From Bdellovibrionota bacterium FG-1 (GTDB taxonomy: Bacteria; Bdellovibrionota; UBA1018), in contig JBBCAW010000005.1 in assembly GCA_051382295.1 (NCBI GenBank), positions 32,001 to 96,000 on the forward strand: a stretch of 64,000 nucleotides of DNA, read 5' to 3'. Each line of letters begins with the position of its first letter. Position 1 is the stretch's first letter. Made by a program: the position numbers and the translations under genes. Shown piece by piece: positions 40,110 to 50,029 of the stretch. The notes beneath the pieces are model-generated. The model had not been told where the DNA came from. It did not search any database and was given only the letters and a program-made list of their open reading frames with translations.

Positions 40110-40223
40110 ATTAGCCTTTTTGCGAAGCGCGTTCTTGAAATCTTACTTAGCTTTGCAAGCTCGGAATGTTTTAGTGACTCGGGCCGGGCTGGGCATTGAA
40201 TTCAAGAGGTTTGTATCGAAAGT

Positions 40224-40556
40224 TCAGGCGACCAATAGTTCCAGCACTGCTGGATTCAAAGAAAGAAGTTGCAACAGTCTTGCCGCCGCTCCTGAAGGGG
40301 TCTTTTGGCCCTGCTCCCAAGAACGAACCGTAGACGGTGTGACGTTCAGCAAAGCCGCGAAAAGAGGCTGACTTAAGCCACAGCCTTCCTTTCGTAAGCG
40401 GCGAATGGCAGCGGCTGTCCACTTCGGTGCTGGGCCAGGTACTTCTACCGCGTGTTCCTTGGCTTTTAATTGACCCTTGCTATACCGAATGGCCTCATGC
40501 AATCCCTGCCTAAGTCCTTCGGCCATTGATTTAGGTTCCCGTTTATCGGATGCCAT
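40224..40556 (-). CDS. HigA-like XRE-HTH antitoxin
   Basis: LSQPLFAALLNV..STVRSWEQGQK.PSG.A..LL. Confidence 0.85.
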   Translation of the reverse strand: MASDKREPKSMAEGLRQGLHEAIRYSKGQLKAKEHAVEVPGPAPKWTAAAIRRLRKEGCGLSQPLFAALLNVTPSTVRSWEQGQKTPSGAAARLLQLLSLNPAVLELLVA

Positions 40557-40567
40557 AAAGCTCACTC

Positions 40568-40641
40568 CTAATTATTGAGAATTTCAGCTTCAATCGTTCG
40601 AAGAAGGTCGTCTCCTCCCCGATCAAAAAGACGCGTTTCAT
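40568..40641 (-). pseudogene. Remnant of a RelE/HigB-type toxin
   Basis: MKRVF start, then out-of-frame DDLLRTIEAEILNN-stop, directly upstream of the antitoxin. Confidence 0.55.
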
Positions 40642-40655
40642 ACTCACACACAGTG

Positions 40656-40681
40656 TGACATAATACCTGGTGTTATGTCAA
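40656..40681 (-). promoter_or_regulatory. TA operator palindrome overlapping a TTGACA -35
   Basis: TGACATAA-N9-TTATGTCA. Confidence 0.7.
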
Positions 40682-41003
40682 GGCCGGTCAGCAAGCTGTA
40701 TATTGGAAAGTTAAAGTGCGGGCCAAGCCAACGAAATATGTTTAAAGCAAGCTGGACGTTATTCGATCCAGCTCTATTGATCCCCGTTTTCTCTCCGACC
40801 GCAGCCGCTCTCCGGAAATCTCAAAGACTCCCGGCTCAGTGAAAGGTGAAATAGGGTTTTGTGGATCTTGGACGTTAGCCAGACTTCCTTAGATGCCAAA
40901 CCGATTGAGAAGCGGCTCCATCGCGTCCGCCATCGGTCGAAGATCGGTCGCAAGCAGAAGGCCCCCACTATTTTCAAGCCAGCGTCCTGCCAGTTCGGAC
41001 CCA

Positions 41004-41402
41004 TTACCAGCGCGTGGGATTAGCGGTATGGTCTACTCCCTGTACTTCCCAGAACATGCAATACATATCCGGACGGACTTCCTTTTGGCAGATATCAAAA
41101 CTCATGTATTGGTAGCCCTGATCTCCAGCCTGCGGCCCCCAGCTGTTTTTAATGATGAAATAGCCGCCACTCTTGATCTTGGGATCCAAATGGTAGCCCA
41201 CGATCGCCACCGCATGGCCACCTTTGGTCCAAGCGGAGTCCGAGCAAATGACGGATTCATGTCTTCCCATTCCGGCGGGCACGCGCAGGCCGACATATAC
41301 CGGATTGCCACGATTCAAAGCGGCCAAAGCTTCATCCACGCTTCCCAATGTGGGTATTCGGCTCAGGCTTGTGGTGGCATGGTCCATATAATCCGCTATC
41401 AA
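41004..41402 (-). pseudogene. C-terminal fragment of a papain-like C1 peptidase
   Basis: GGHAVAIVGY and IKNSWG present; catalytic Cys half missing. Confidence 0.7.
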
Positions 41403-41734
41403 AGAACGGGATTACTTAAAATCCAGGCCGAGGCGTACTGCTTCCTACAAAGTGCGAACTATCTCGCTAGTGAGAGCTGCCACGTCGACCGATGCGGCAA
41501 GAGCAAGGCGTCGAAACGCCTCTCCGAATGGGGTACCCAGGTTGGGGCACCAGCCTTCAGTTTTTGCCGCGACCTTGGCGGCCAGGGAATGATCGCCGAA
41601 TATTGGAATGGCATCCAATGGAAAGACAGCGATCTGTGCTTCTTTGGCGACCATAGATTCGTCGCGATGAGTTGGCTTCTTAAGGAGAGATCGCCATAGG
41701 AGCCGATCGAAGCCCCTGCGATCATTCCCCGCTT

Positions 41735-42898
41735 TTACTTCCGCCGAGGCTTGATCGTTGGACCGTCCGAAACCGGACGGGGTCCCCTGGAAAGAGGACG
41801 AGGCCCACCCGAGAATGGTCGAGGTCCCCCTGAAACCGGACGAGGCCGTGAGTCGCCAAATGAGCCTCTCGGTGAGGGCTTTGAAAACTTTGAAGGGCGA
41901 CTGCCTGGTCGACTAGGACGATCACTTCGCTCAGGTCGGTCTGCGCGCATTGGGCGACTATCGGAGCGCATTGGACGATCAGAACGTACAGGGCGATCAA
42001 ATTTTGCGAAGTGAGCGGCTCTCTTCACCGGCTTCAGTAGAGGTGCGACGGCGGGGCGAGGGCGGGTTTTAGTATCGGCATCTTTTGACTCATCTGAGTC
42101 ATCTGATTCATGCGATTCATGTATTTTACGCTGCCCTTTAGGCTTTTCTGACTCTTCTTCGTGGGCGAGGCGTTTTAGGCCCAGATCAGGGTGTTCGAGG
42201 ATGGCATGAACCTGAGAAGCTTTGAGAAGGCGAAAGTGTCCAGGTGCCAAGCCATGAAGTGTTAAATGGCCGATGGCAGTGCGGGTGATTTTGTCGACCA
42301 AAAAGCCCTTCATTTCTAACATCGCTTTGATGTCGACGGCGCCACCACCGAGCATGACGATATCGAGTTGCGATTTGTTTTCGAGTTCGCGCACAATCCG
42401 GACGGAGTGGGGTTTGACCATCCGATTTTCAATTTTAGCACCTTTTTCGAGGCGTTTGACCATATCGTCCGTGGGATGGCCTTTGACTTTGATGCGGTAA
42501 ACGCGAGGAACATCGTCACGACGCTGAAGTTTTTCGGCAAAATCTCCGTCATTCGTTAACAGAATGAGGCCTTCGCTCATGAAGTCCAAGCGGCCGATCG
42601 GAAACAGACGATGGTTCAGTTTTTTGACATAATCCGAAAGCGTGGGACGGCTGTCGGTATCGACCATCATCGAGATTACGGCTTTGGGCTTGTAAAAAGC
42701 GTAGTAGACCGGCGCTTCCACTCCTTGAAGGAGTTTGCCTTTGACCTTGATGGCATCCTCGCCAATCGTGGCTTTGTCGCCTAGTTTGGCAACTTTACCA
42801 TTGACCGTGACGAGTCCTTCTTCGATGAATTCTTCAGCCTTGCGGCGAGATGCGACTCCAGCCTTGGCTAGGATTTTCTGCAAGCGTTCTTGTGCCAT
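41735..42898 (-). CDS. rluB: 23S rRNA pseudouridine synthase with S4 domain and Arg/Pro-rich tail
   Basis: RLQKILA..G.ASRR, GRLD; follows scpAB. Confidence 0.88.
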   Translation of the reverse strand: MAQERLQKILAKAGVASRRKAEEFIEEGLVTVNGKVAKLGDKATIGEDAIKVKGKLLQGVEAPVYYAFYKPKAVISMMVDTDSRPTLSDYVKKLNHRLFPIGRLDFMSEGLILLTNDGDFAEKLQRRDDVPRVYRIKVKGHPTDDMVKRLEKGAKIENRMVKPHSVRIVRELENKSQLDIVMLGGGAVDIKAMLEMKGFLVDKITRTAIGHLTLHGLAPGHFRLLKASQVHAILEHPDLGLKRLAHEEESEKPKGQRKIHESHESDDSDESKDADTKTRPRPAVAPLLKPVKRAAHFAKFDRPVRSDRPMRSDSRPMRADRPERSDRPSRPGSRPSKFSKPSPRGSFGDSRPRPVSGGPRPFSGGPRPLSRGPRPVSDGPTIKPRRK

Positions 42899-42974
42899 AA
42901 TGAGGGGGGCTATTAGCACCCTGCAATATAAAAAGCGAGAGAGAATCTTGATTAAAACTGTTTATCTAAGGATA

Positions 42975-44300
42975 TCAGCTCTGTTCAGTAGCTAACTCGG
43001 TAGGAATGTCGAGTGGCGCAATTTCGCCTGAGGCGATCCGAGCGGCTTGTTCTTTGGCCGCTTTTTCGAGGGTTTTTTGCTCCTCAAGATAAGGGGTCGA
43101 AGTGGGGATGGCTTTGACCCGTTCCCGAATTTCCTGAAGGATAATCTCATCCTCGCGAGGATCGTAGAGCAGTGAGGTGCTGGTGTCGGCTTTCATCTGG
43201 CCTACGAGGCGGCGCATTTCCTTGACTCGAGGGTCTTCATCCTCTGGGTTTTTGCTCTGGGATTGAGGAACCATCTGCTCAAGTTCTCGAAGCGGAGGCA
43301 TCGAGGTGAGGTCCTTGAGGCCAAAGAGTTCCAAAAAGTGGTCAGCGGTTGAGTAAAGCATGGGTCGACCGGGAAGTTCTGAGCGCCCTGAAATGGCGAT
43401 CAACTTTCGATCCAGCAAGCCGCGCACGAAATAAGAAGAGTCGACGCCGCGAATTTTATCGATTTCTTCTTTAAGGACGGGTTGCCGATACGCAATAATG
43501 GCCAAGGTTTCCATGCCACCGCTGGAAAGCCGCTGGGTTTGAACACGGGCCAATTTTTTTGCGAGGGCCGCGCGTCCGGGTTTGGTTCGAAGTTGCCAGC
43601 CCTGTCCGACTTCGACCAGCTCAATGCCGTGGCTTGGTGAGGAGTAGCGTGCCTGGAGCGCCTGGAGGGCGTTTTCAAATAGTTCTTGTTGAAATGTGGG
43701 ACCGAGCCATTCTTGAAGTTTTTTGGCTGAAACCGGCTTGTCCATCATAAAAAGCAAGGTTTCGATGCAGGATTGAAGTTCTGAAAGATCGAGATTTCCA
43801 TCCACGTCCACTTGAGGTTCTTGAGGAAGAGCGGCGAGCAGTTCAGGATCGAGCTCAAGCGCTTTTTCGGCTTCGGCTTGTTCTTGGGCCATGAGGGCGC
43901 TCAGGGCTTGGTCTTCGGCGATTTGGGCAGCGAGTTCTACCGCCTGCTCTTCCGCGGTTTGGGCTTGGGCCTCGCGAGCGGCGGTTTCGATTTTAGCGGT
44001 TTCCTGTTCCATCGCCCGAGCGAGGTGTTCGAGTGTTGAGTCGTCGAGCTCTTCAAACTCGTCGGCATCGTTCAAGTCGAGTTCGTCGGCGATCTGTTGG
44101 GCTTCGGCAATTTCGATGGTTTTAATGCCAAATGGATCATCGATGAAAGCGACATAGTCGTTGCCACCCTCGGGGTTCAAAGGGGAGATTGCGGGAGAAA
44201 TCTCCGCAAATGCCGAAGTTTCAGCGTCAGGGCACCATTCTGAAGCGGCGTCTGAAAGCAAGGAGGCAGGGTCTTGAACGGGGATTTCTTTTTCACTCAT
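42975..44300 (-). CDS. scpB: SMC-Scp subunit ScpB with acidic N-terminal extension
   Basis: ETLAIIAYRQP, IRGV, PGRP..Y. Confidence 0.93.
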   Translation of the reverse strand: MSEKEIPVQDPASLLSDAASEWCPDAETSAFAEISPAISPLNPEGGNDYVAFIDDPFGIKTIEIAEAQQIADELDLNDADEFEELDDSTLEHLARAMEQETAKIETAAREAQAQTAEEQAVELAAQIAEDQALSALMAQEQAEAEKALELDPELLAALPQEPQVDVDGNLDLSELQSCIETLLFMMDKPVSAKKLQEWLGPTFQQELFENALQALQARYSSPSHGIELVEVGQGWQLRTKPGRAALAKKLARVQTQRLSSGGMETLAIIAYRQPVLKEEIDKIRGVDSSYFVRGLLDRKLIAISGRSELPGRPMLYSTADHFLELFGLKDLTSMPPLRELEQMVPQSQSKNPEDEDPRVKEMRRLVGQMKADTSTSLLYDPREDEIILQEIRERVKAIPTSTPYLEEQKTLEKAAKEQAARIASGEIAPLDIPTELATEQS

Positions 44301-45166
44301 AAACTTTGTTCGACCTCAAGAGGGTGAGCGATTGAAGGGTGGAGGAGTTCGAGTGCATCGGCGGCGTGGGCGGCTTGAACCTCGGCTTCTGCTTTGGCAA
44401 TCGGGCTGTCAAAGCCACGCGCGAGATTCATATCGAACCCTCGCAGGGATTCTAGAAGTTCCAGCAAAATTTCCTGATAGTGCCCTTCTTGGTGAAGTCG
44501 CATTTTTCGGAGTCGCGATAATTCAAGCGAGGCAAGAAAGGTGACCACGATCTCAGGTTTTTCAGCCAAAGGCGACAGGATCTCTTTGAAGTTTTTGGGA
44601 ATGCCTATTTCGAGGCGGTCTGAAAATTCAAAGATTTTATCAGTCAAAGAAACGGTTTCTTTTTTCAGAATAGTCGTTCGCTTCCGGGCGCGAACGAGCG
44701 TGTCTTGAAAGCTGAGCGCCAAGGTGCTGATGTCCAGCTCTTTCCAGGTTTTTTCAATCGGCGGCTTACGATTGGGACGGCAGAAGACGTCTTCGCCAAG
44801 CATCGGAACTTGAGCGAGGTCCTGGCCAGCGGCGAGAAACCGCTGATGCTCCAAGAGTTGGCGCATGAGCTCTTCGGGAGTCATGGCGCTATCGTCATCA
44901 GACAAAAGATCGATCGGCTTGGCTTCTTGAGGAAGTAAGGCCTTGCTCTTCCAGTGTAAAAGAGTGGCCGCCATGATCAAAAACTCACTGGCAATATCAA
45001 AGTTGAGTTCTTGCATGAGGCGGACGTAGGCGACAAACTGTTCCGTGAGCGCGCCAATGGAAATGCGGTTGATATCCATTTCGTGGCTCTGAATGAGATA
45101 AAGGAGTAGATCGAGCGGTCCTTCAAAACTATCGAGCTGAACGGTGATTGCGACGCGGTTGGCCAA
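44297..45166 (-). CDS. scpA: Segregation and condensation protein A
   Basis: FEGPLDLLL, FLA.LEL. Confidence 0.94.
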   Translation of the reverse strand: MANRVAITVQLDSFEGPLDLLLYLIQSHEMDINRISIGALTEQFVAYVRLMQELNFDIASEFLIMAATLLHWKSKALLPQEAKPIDLLSDDDSAMTPEELMRQLLEHQRFLAAGQDLAQVPMLGEDVFCRPNRKPPIEKTWKELDISTLALSFQDTLVRARKRTTILKKETVSLTDKIFEFSDRLEIGIPKNFKEILSPLAEKPEIVVTFLASLELSRLRKMRLHQEGHYQEILLELLESLRGFDMNLARGFDSPIAKAEAEVQAAHAADALELLHPSIAHPLEVEQSL

Positions 45167-45282
45167 TGTACTAGAGTCTCCTTCTGTGTTGGGCCATCAT
45201 AGCGAAGCATCTTGATAAGGCAAGGTGGCGGGGAAAAAAATGTGAGCGGACAGCTCCGGCGTCGGTGTTGCGGTGCGGTAAT

Positions 45283-46290
45283 CTAACGGTATCTTCCCGG
45301 TAAAAGTCCAATCCGGTCGTAAACCACTGCCAGCGTCTTGCGCGCCTTCTCCCTCGCGCGCTCCGCGCCTTGATGTAAAACCGCATCGAGCTGCGCTTTA
45401 TCTTGCATGAGGTCTTCCACTTTTTGTCGGAGGGGACTCACTGACGCAATCACGAGTTCAGCCGTGTCGACTTTGAGATGGCCGTATTGTTTGCCAGCAT
45501 ATTCGCCCACCAAAGTCTCAACCGTCTTGCCGGTCAGAGCGGATTGAATCGAAAGTAAATTGCTGACTCCGGGCTGGGCTTCTTCGGCATAGCGAATTTC
45601 GGAACCCGAATCCGTGATCGCGCGTTTGAATTTTTTTCGAATCAGCGCGTCCGTATCATCCAGAAAAATCGTGGCGTTCAAATCTGGATCCGACTTGGAC
45701 ATCTTCTGGGTCGGAACTTGAAGACTCATGATTCGCGCGCCCACGGGTGGAATAAATACATCTGGCACCGTAAAGAGATCTTCGCCATAAAGATTGATCA
45801 TGCGAAGCGCGACGTCGCGCGTGATCTCGACATGTTGCTTTTGGTCTTCGCCGACGGGCACAAGATCCGTGCGGTAGAGCAAAATATCGGCCGCCATGAG
45901 CGCGGGATAGACAAAAAGACCGGCACCGATATTGGTGCCTTGTTTCGCACTTTTGTCTTTGTATTGAGTCATACGGCCGAGTTCACCCATGTAGGTGTGG
46001 CAGGTGAGGATCCACGCGAGTTCAACATGCTCGGGAACATGGGATTGCACAAAGAGCGTGGCTTTTTGCGGGTCAATGCCCGCGGCGATATAGGTGGCAA
46101 TCGTGCGATAAGTTCGCTCGCGCAGGGCTGCGGGATCCTCTTGCCGCGCGGTGATCGTATGAAGGTCGACTGCAAAAAAGAGGCAGTTGTAATCGTCTTG
46201 GAGATGAACCCAGTTTTTAATCGCGCCTAGATAATTGCCTAAGGTGAGACTTTTGGAGGGCTGAACCGCGGAGAGCATGGTTTTTTTCAC
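45283..46290 (-). CDS. trpS: Tryptophan--tRNA ligase
   Basis: TLGNYLGA, VPVGEDQ, KMSKS. Confidence 0.96.
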   Translation of the reverse strand: MKKTMLSAVQPSKSLTLGNYLGAIKNWVHLQDDYNCLFFAVDLHTITARQEDPAALRERTYRTIATYIAAGIDPQKATLFVQSHVPEHVELAWILTCHTYMGELGRMTQYKDKSAKQGTNIGAGLFVYPALMAADILLYRTDLVPVGEDQKQHVEITRDVALRMINLYGEDLFTVPDVFIPPVGARIMSLQVPTQKMSKSDPDLNATIFLDDTDALIRKKFKRAITDSGSEIRYAEEAQPGVSNLLSIQSALTGKTVETLVGEYAGKQYGHLKVDTAELVIASVSPLRQKVEDLMQDKAQLDAVLHQGAERAREKARKTLAVVYDRIGLLPGRYR

Positions 46291-46973
46291 GAGAAAATTC
46301 CAGGAAGCTGAAACAGCTTGGCCATTAAATAGAGCGTCAAATTCGAACAAAACTGAATCGGATAACTGAGCACTGAAAGCCCACCCGTGAGCAGGAGTGC
46401 CATCAAAATGAAGAAGCTATACTTGGAAATCTGTTCGTATTTTATGGATAGGCGCGCTGGCAAAATCGATTCAATGATTTTGCTGCCATCCAGCGGCGGA
46501 AGTGGAATTAAATTGAAAACCGCGAGCGCATAGTTGAGCGTGACCGAAACATAGGCCATCGCTTCGAGAGGTTCGCGAAGATAAAAACCTTCGGGCATCC
46601 AACGAGCGACTGCGCAAAAAAGCACCGAGGATATCAGCGCGAGCAGGAAGTTCATGCCCGGGCCCGCTAAGGCGACCCAGAATAAGCCGGGCCGATATTT
46701 GCGAAAGCGTCTCGGATTAATCGGGACGGGGCGCGCCCACCCAATGAGAAAGGGCGTGCTCGCTAGCATATTGATCAGAGGAAAAATCAACGTTCCGAGC
46801 GGGTCAATGTGAGGAAGCGGGTTAAGCGTGAGGCGGCCTTGTTCTTCCGCAGTTTTGTCGCCCCAGCGTTTGGCAATCCAGCCGTGGGCGTATTCATGAA
46901 AAATGACCGCCAGAATAAACGGCGGAAATTGGATCGATAGTCTTTGAATGCCTTGCGACAGCGATAAATCCAT
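46287..46973 (-). CDS. Site-2 protease (M50)
   Basis: HEYAH, NLIPLPPLDG. Confidence 0.93.
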   Translation of the reverse strand: MDLSLSQGIQRLSIQFPPFILAVIFHEYAHGWIAKRWGDKTAEEQGRLTLNPLPHIDPLGTLIFPLINMLASTPFLIGWARPVPINPRRFRKYRPGLFWVALAGPGMNFLLALISSVLFCAVARWMPEGFYLREPLEAMAYVSVTLNYALAVFNLIPLPPLDGSKIIESILPARLSIKYEQISKYSFFILMALLLTGGLSVLSYPIQFCSNLTLYLMAKLFQLPGIFS

Positions 46974-47005
46974 TCGCGAAGCCTAGCATGGAGAAAGGGG
47001 TGGGC

Positions 47006-47938
47006 TCAACCCCGAGGATGAAACTTCCGGTGGGCGGTTTTGAGATGCTCGGGGCTGATATGAGTATAGATTTGGGTGGTCGATAAGTCAGAGTGCCCCA
47101 GGAGCATTTGGAGCGAACGCAGATTCATGCCTGCGCCTAAAAGATGGGTGGCGAAGGAATGGCGCAAAGTGTGAGGAGAGAGAGAAGAAGGAATTCCTGC
47201 TAACAATGCAAGTTCTTTAAGGATTTTCCAAAAACTCTGACGCGTAAGGACCAGCCCTCGGTGATTCACAAAAAGATGATCCGTTCGCGGGTTGAGCGCA
47301 AGTCGATGGGTTTGGAGATAGTCCCGAAGAAAATGAGCCGCCACCGGTGCAAAGGGCACAATCCGCTCTTTGTCACCCTTACCTCGGATTCGGACATACG
47401 CCGCTTTTAAATCCAACTCATGAGTGGTGAGCCCGACCAACTCTGAAACCCGGAGCCCGGTGGCATACAGGAGGTATACCATGGCGCAGTCTCGGGCGCG
47501 AAGTCGCTCTCCGATGCGGGAGGACTGGGGATAGGGGAGGCCTTGTTCGGCTGCGCCGAGGAGCTCGGTGATTTGCGCCACGGTGAGATAGCCGGGAAGC
47601 GCGTGATTTTTTTGGGGGCTGCGAAGCTGCTCGGCCGGATTGATGACGAGCCCTCGTTCTAAGCAACAGAATTTGAAAAATTGTCGAAGGGTACTGGTTT
47701 TTCGCGCTATCGAGGTCGCCTTTTGTCCTTCTTCGTGAAGGGCAATGAGGTAACTGAAAAGATCTTCGGAGTGGATTTGGGTGATTTGTTTTTTTGGGAC
47801 CGCGGCCGAAAACTGCTCCAGGTCGCGGCGGTAGGCTTCGACGGTGTTATCGGAGGAGCCACGGTCGACTCGGCACGATTCGACAAATGCATGAATTTCA
47901 GGTTGAAGTGCGGGAGGAAGCCGATCATCCGAGGGCAT
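47006..47938 (-). CDS. xerD: Tyrosine recombinase XerD
   Basis: YATGLRVSE, HTLRHSFATH, LGH...TTQIY. Confidence 0.92.
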   Translation of the reverse strand: MPSDDRLPPALQPEIHAFVESCRVDRGSSDNTVEAYRRDLEQFSAAVPKKQITQIHSEDLFSYLIALHEEGQKATSIARKTSTLRQFFKFCCLERGLVINPAEQLRSPQKNHALPGYLTVAQITELLGAAEQGLPYPQSSRIGERLRARDCAMVYLLYATGLRVSELVGLTTHELDLKAAYVRIRGKGDKERIVPFAPVAAHFLRDYLQTHRLALNPRTDHLFVNHRGLVLTRQSFWKILKELALLAGIPSSLSPHTLRHSFATHLLGAGMNLRSLQMLLGHSDLSTTQIYTHISPEHLKTAHRKFHPRG

Positions 47939-47963
47939 GCTCCTTATTTTACGACACAAAAGC

Positions 47964-48001
47964 AAAAAGGCCCTCACCGTTTTCTGGGTGAGAGCCTTTT
48001 T
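47964..48001 (-). terminator. Intrinsic terminator
   Basis: AAAAAGGC-CCTCACC...GGTGAGA-GCCTTTTT. Confidence 0.8.
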
Positions 48002-48230
48002 GTTTGAACGGGTCAGACTTTAAGATCCCCGAGAGGAGGAGAAGAGACCTTCTCAATCACTCGTGCCGACTGGGTGCTTCGACTTTTGTGCTACTTCGTT
48101 TGCTCTTTTTGACGTGGGCGGCGTCTTCGCTCAACTGAACTGGCCCCAACATGAGTTTCTGCTATCACGGGTGCTTGTACCGTCGCTTGCACTTGCATTC
48201 GTCACTCGATACCCGCTTCGGATGGACTTA
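48002..48230 (-). ncRNA. Candidate 3'-UTR-derived sRNA with anti-SD tract
   Basis: ~230 nt without an ORF between stop and terminator; UCUCUUCUCCUCCUCUC at 48047-48031. Confidence 0.35.
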
Positions 48231-48232
48231 GC

Positions 48233-48979
48233 TTAAAAGTCCAAGGCTAGGCCATGCTGTTGGCCGTTGACGAAGAAGTAAATCGAGCCCAGATACAGCC
48301 ACTGCGAACTGATCGTGTGCTGTAAGTCGAGGGCCAAGCCGCTGACACAAGTTTGACCTGTGGGGGCAGCTTGAGGATAAGCTTGAGGATAGCCTGGAAT
48401 TTGTCCGGGCATCGGAAAGCCAGTCATGGGCATGCCAGTACTTCCAGCAGCGATTTGGATCAGCATCTGTTGAATCTGTGTGCTGAGCTGAATCATGCCG
48501 GAGGCGTTGACGTTGCCAACACCCATACCCATGCCAGTCCCCATCGGGTTATAGGAATAACCAGGAATGGGTGGAGCCGCTCCGGGGACCGCAGCTCCCG
48601 TGGATTGAAGGTCCATGGTGATGCTCGTTCCATCGACCCGTTGGCCGCGAAACTGTGAGCCAGGGGTCGCTGCTACTGGAGCAGCACCTCCGACCAGAAC
48701 CGTTCCAAAAGCTTGTTGATACGGAATCGCACCTGCTTTGACACGAGCTTGGTCAAAGTACATCCCGGTGATCGTAAAAGGGATCATCGTGGTGGCATTG
48801 AGCGGTACGCATCCCGTTGCTGCTGCAAGCGGGGCGGGTAGCGCCGGGGCGATCGGTGCGGGCACCGCCGAAGGCGGGGCCGTATTATCAGGACTCTTGC
48901 CGCAACCTGTCAGCAGGGCAAGGCTGGAGACTACAAGCGCAGTCGCTGCAATCTTCCGGGGGTTTAACTTTCTTTTCAT
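48233..48979 (-). CDS. Pro/Gly-rich lipoprotein
   Basis: LTGC lipobox, GGAGGAG RBS. Confidence 0.8.
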   Translation of the reverse strand: MKRKLNPRKIAATALVVSSLALLTGCGKSPDNTAPPSAVPAPIAPALPAPLAAATGCVPLNATTMIPFTITGMYFDQARVKAGAIPYQQAFGTVLVGGAAPVAATPGSQFRGQRVDGTSITMDLQSTGAAVPGAAPPIPGYSYNPMGTGMGMGVGNVNASGMIQLSTQIQQMLIQIAAGSTGMPMTGFPMPGQIPGYPQAYPQAAPTGQTCVSGLALDLQHTISSQWLYLGSIYFFVNGQQHGLALDF

Positions 48980-49033
48980 AACTCCTCCACTACATCTACA
49001 TTCAACTATTGTGTTCTCTCAGAGGCTAGTATG

Positions 49034-49050
49034 AGCAAGAGGGATGCCAG
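49034..49050 (-). promoter_or_regulatory. Sigma-54 promoter
   Basis: CTGGCAT-CCCTC-TTGCT. Confidence 0.75.
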
Positions 49051-49139
49051 CATGCGTCAAAATCGACATATCGACTTAATTACATGAATTTGTTGGATAA
49101 TATATATTGAGTGGAGTTTTGGGATCTCGGTCTAAAGTG

Positions 49140-49958
49140 TCAATTAACTTTACACCTGCTCAGCGCTGTAGCTGCTGAAGGGGTACCTTTCGTGGTTTTG
49201 AACTGCAAAATGGCTCGGGCAATGGCGATACTCATGGTGCGACGTCCACGCAGCGAGAGCACGAGCGCTCGGTCATGAGAGTTCGACAAAAACCCCGCTT
49301 CTAATAGGACGCTGGGCATGTCCGCACCTAAGAGGACATGAAAGAGGGCTTGTTTGACGCCCCTGCTCCGATGTTGGCTGATGGTGAGGTTGCTCTGAAT
49401 CGAGCAGGCGAGGCGTTTACTTTCGGAAAGGTTACCGTCAAGTCGGAGGTCGCGCAAAATCAGGGCGACATCGGCTTGTGCGGGGGTCTCGATGCCTTCG
49501 TGAGAAATGACTGTGTTTTCGAGGTGTGCGAGCCGGCGCGAGGACGCATCGGTGGCATTGTTGAGGATATAGGTTTCGATGCCCTCGGCATCATGAGTGC
49601 CTAGGATTTGCGTTGAATTCATGTGAATGGAAAGAAAGAGATCGGCCCCCAAGCGATTGGCAAGCCCAGTGCGAGCCCCAAGGGGGATGTCCCGGTCATC
49701 TTGGCGGGTCAGGGTGGCTTCGATGCCTCGCGATTTTAGTTCCTGAGCGACTCCTTTGGCGAGTAGCAACGTGGCTTCTTTTTCGGCAATTCGAATGACT
49801 TGGTTGTCAAAAATGGTTCCGTAGTCGGTGCCGCCATGGCCGGGGTCGATGACTACCTTAAAAGGATGACGGCCCGCCCCCGGGGCGGCGGAGGTGAAAT
49901 TGCTGGCCAATCCCGCCCACAGGAGATTGAACAAAATGAAGAAGCCTATCCTTCGCAT
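49140..49958 (-). CDS. N-acetylmuramoyl-L-alanine amidase (Amidase_3)
   Basis: IDPGHGG, EK, SIHMN, LLEAGF. Confidence 0.92.
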   Translation of the reverse strand: MRRIGFFILFNLLWAGLASNFTSAAPGAGRHPFKVVIDPGHGGTDYGTIFDNQVIRIAEKEATLLLAKGVAQELKSRGIEATLTRQDDRDIPLGARTGLANRLGADLFLSIHMNSTQILGTHDAEGIETYILNNATDASSRRLAHLENTVISHEGIETPAQADVALILRDLRLDGNLSESKRLACSIQSNLTISQHRSRGVKQALFHVLLGADMPSVLLEAGFLSNSHDRALVLSLRGRRTMSIAIARAILQFKTTKGTPSAATALSRCKVN

Positions 49959-50029
49959 GCGGCCCTTTGAGGTTTTGACTATGAGCATCCCAGATGACTC
50001 CTCCTCTATGGTATGAGAAGACGTGCCCA

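Noticed and set aside
40893..41699. 268-aa plus-strand ORF
   Set aside because: No recognisable motifs; it is antisense to a clear C1 peptidase fragment.
47006..47938. Prophage or island integrase
   Set aside because: XerD-like sequence in a housekeeping xerD-S2P-trpS-scpAB-rluB context with no phage genes.
48053..48080. tracrRNA-like hairpin or extra sigma-54 site (GCACCCAGTCGGCACGAGTGATTG, minus strand)
   Set aside because: No Cas9 or CRISPR repeat nearby, and no TTGC at the -12 position.
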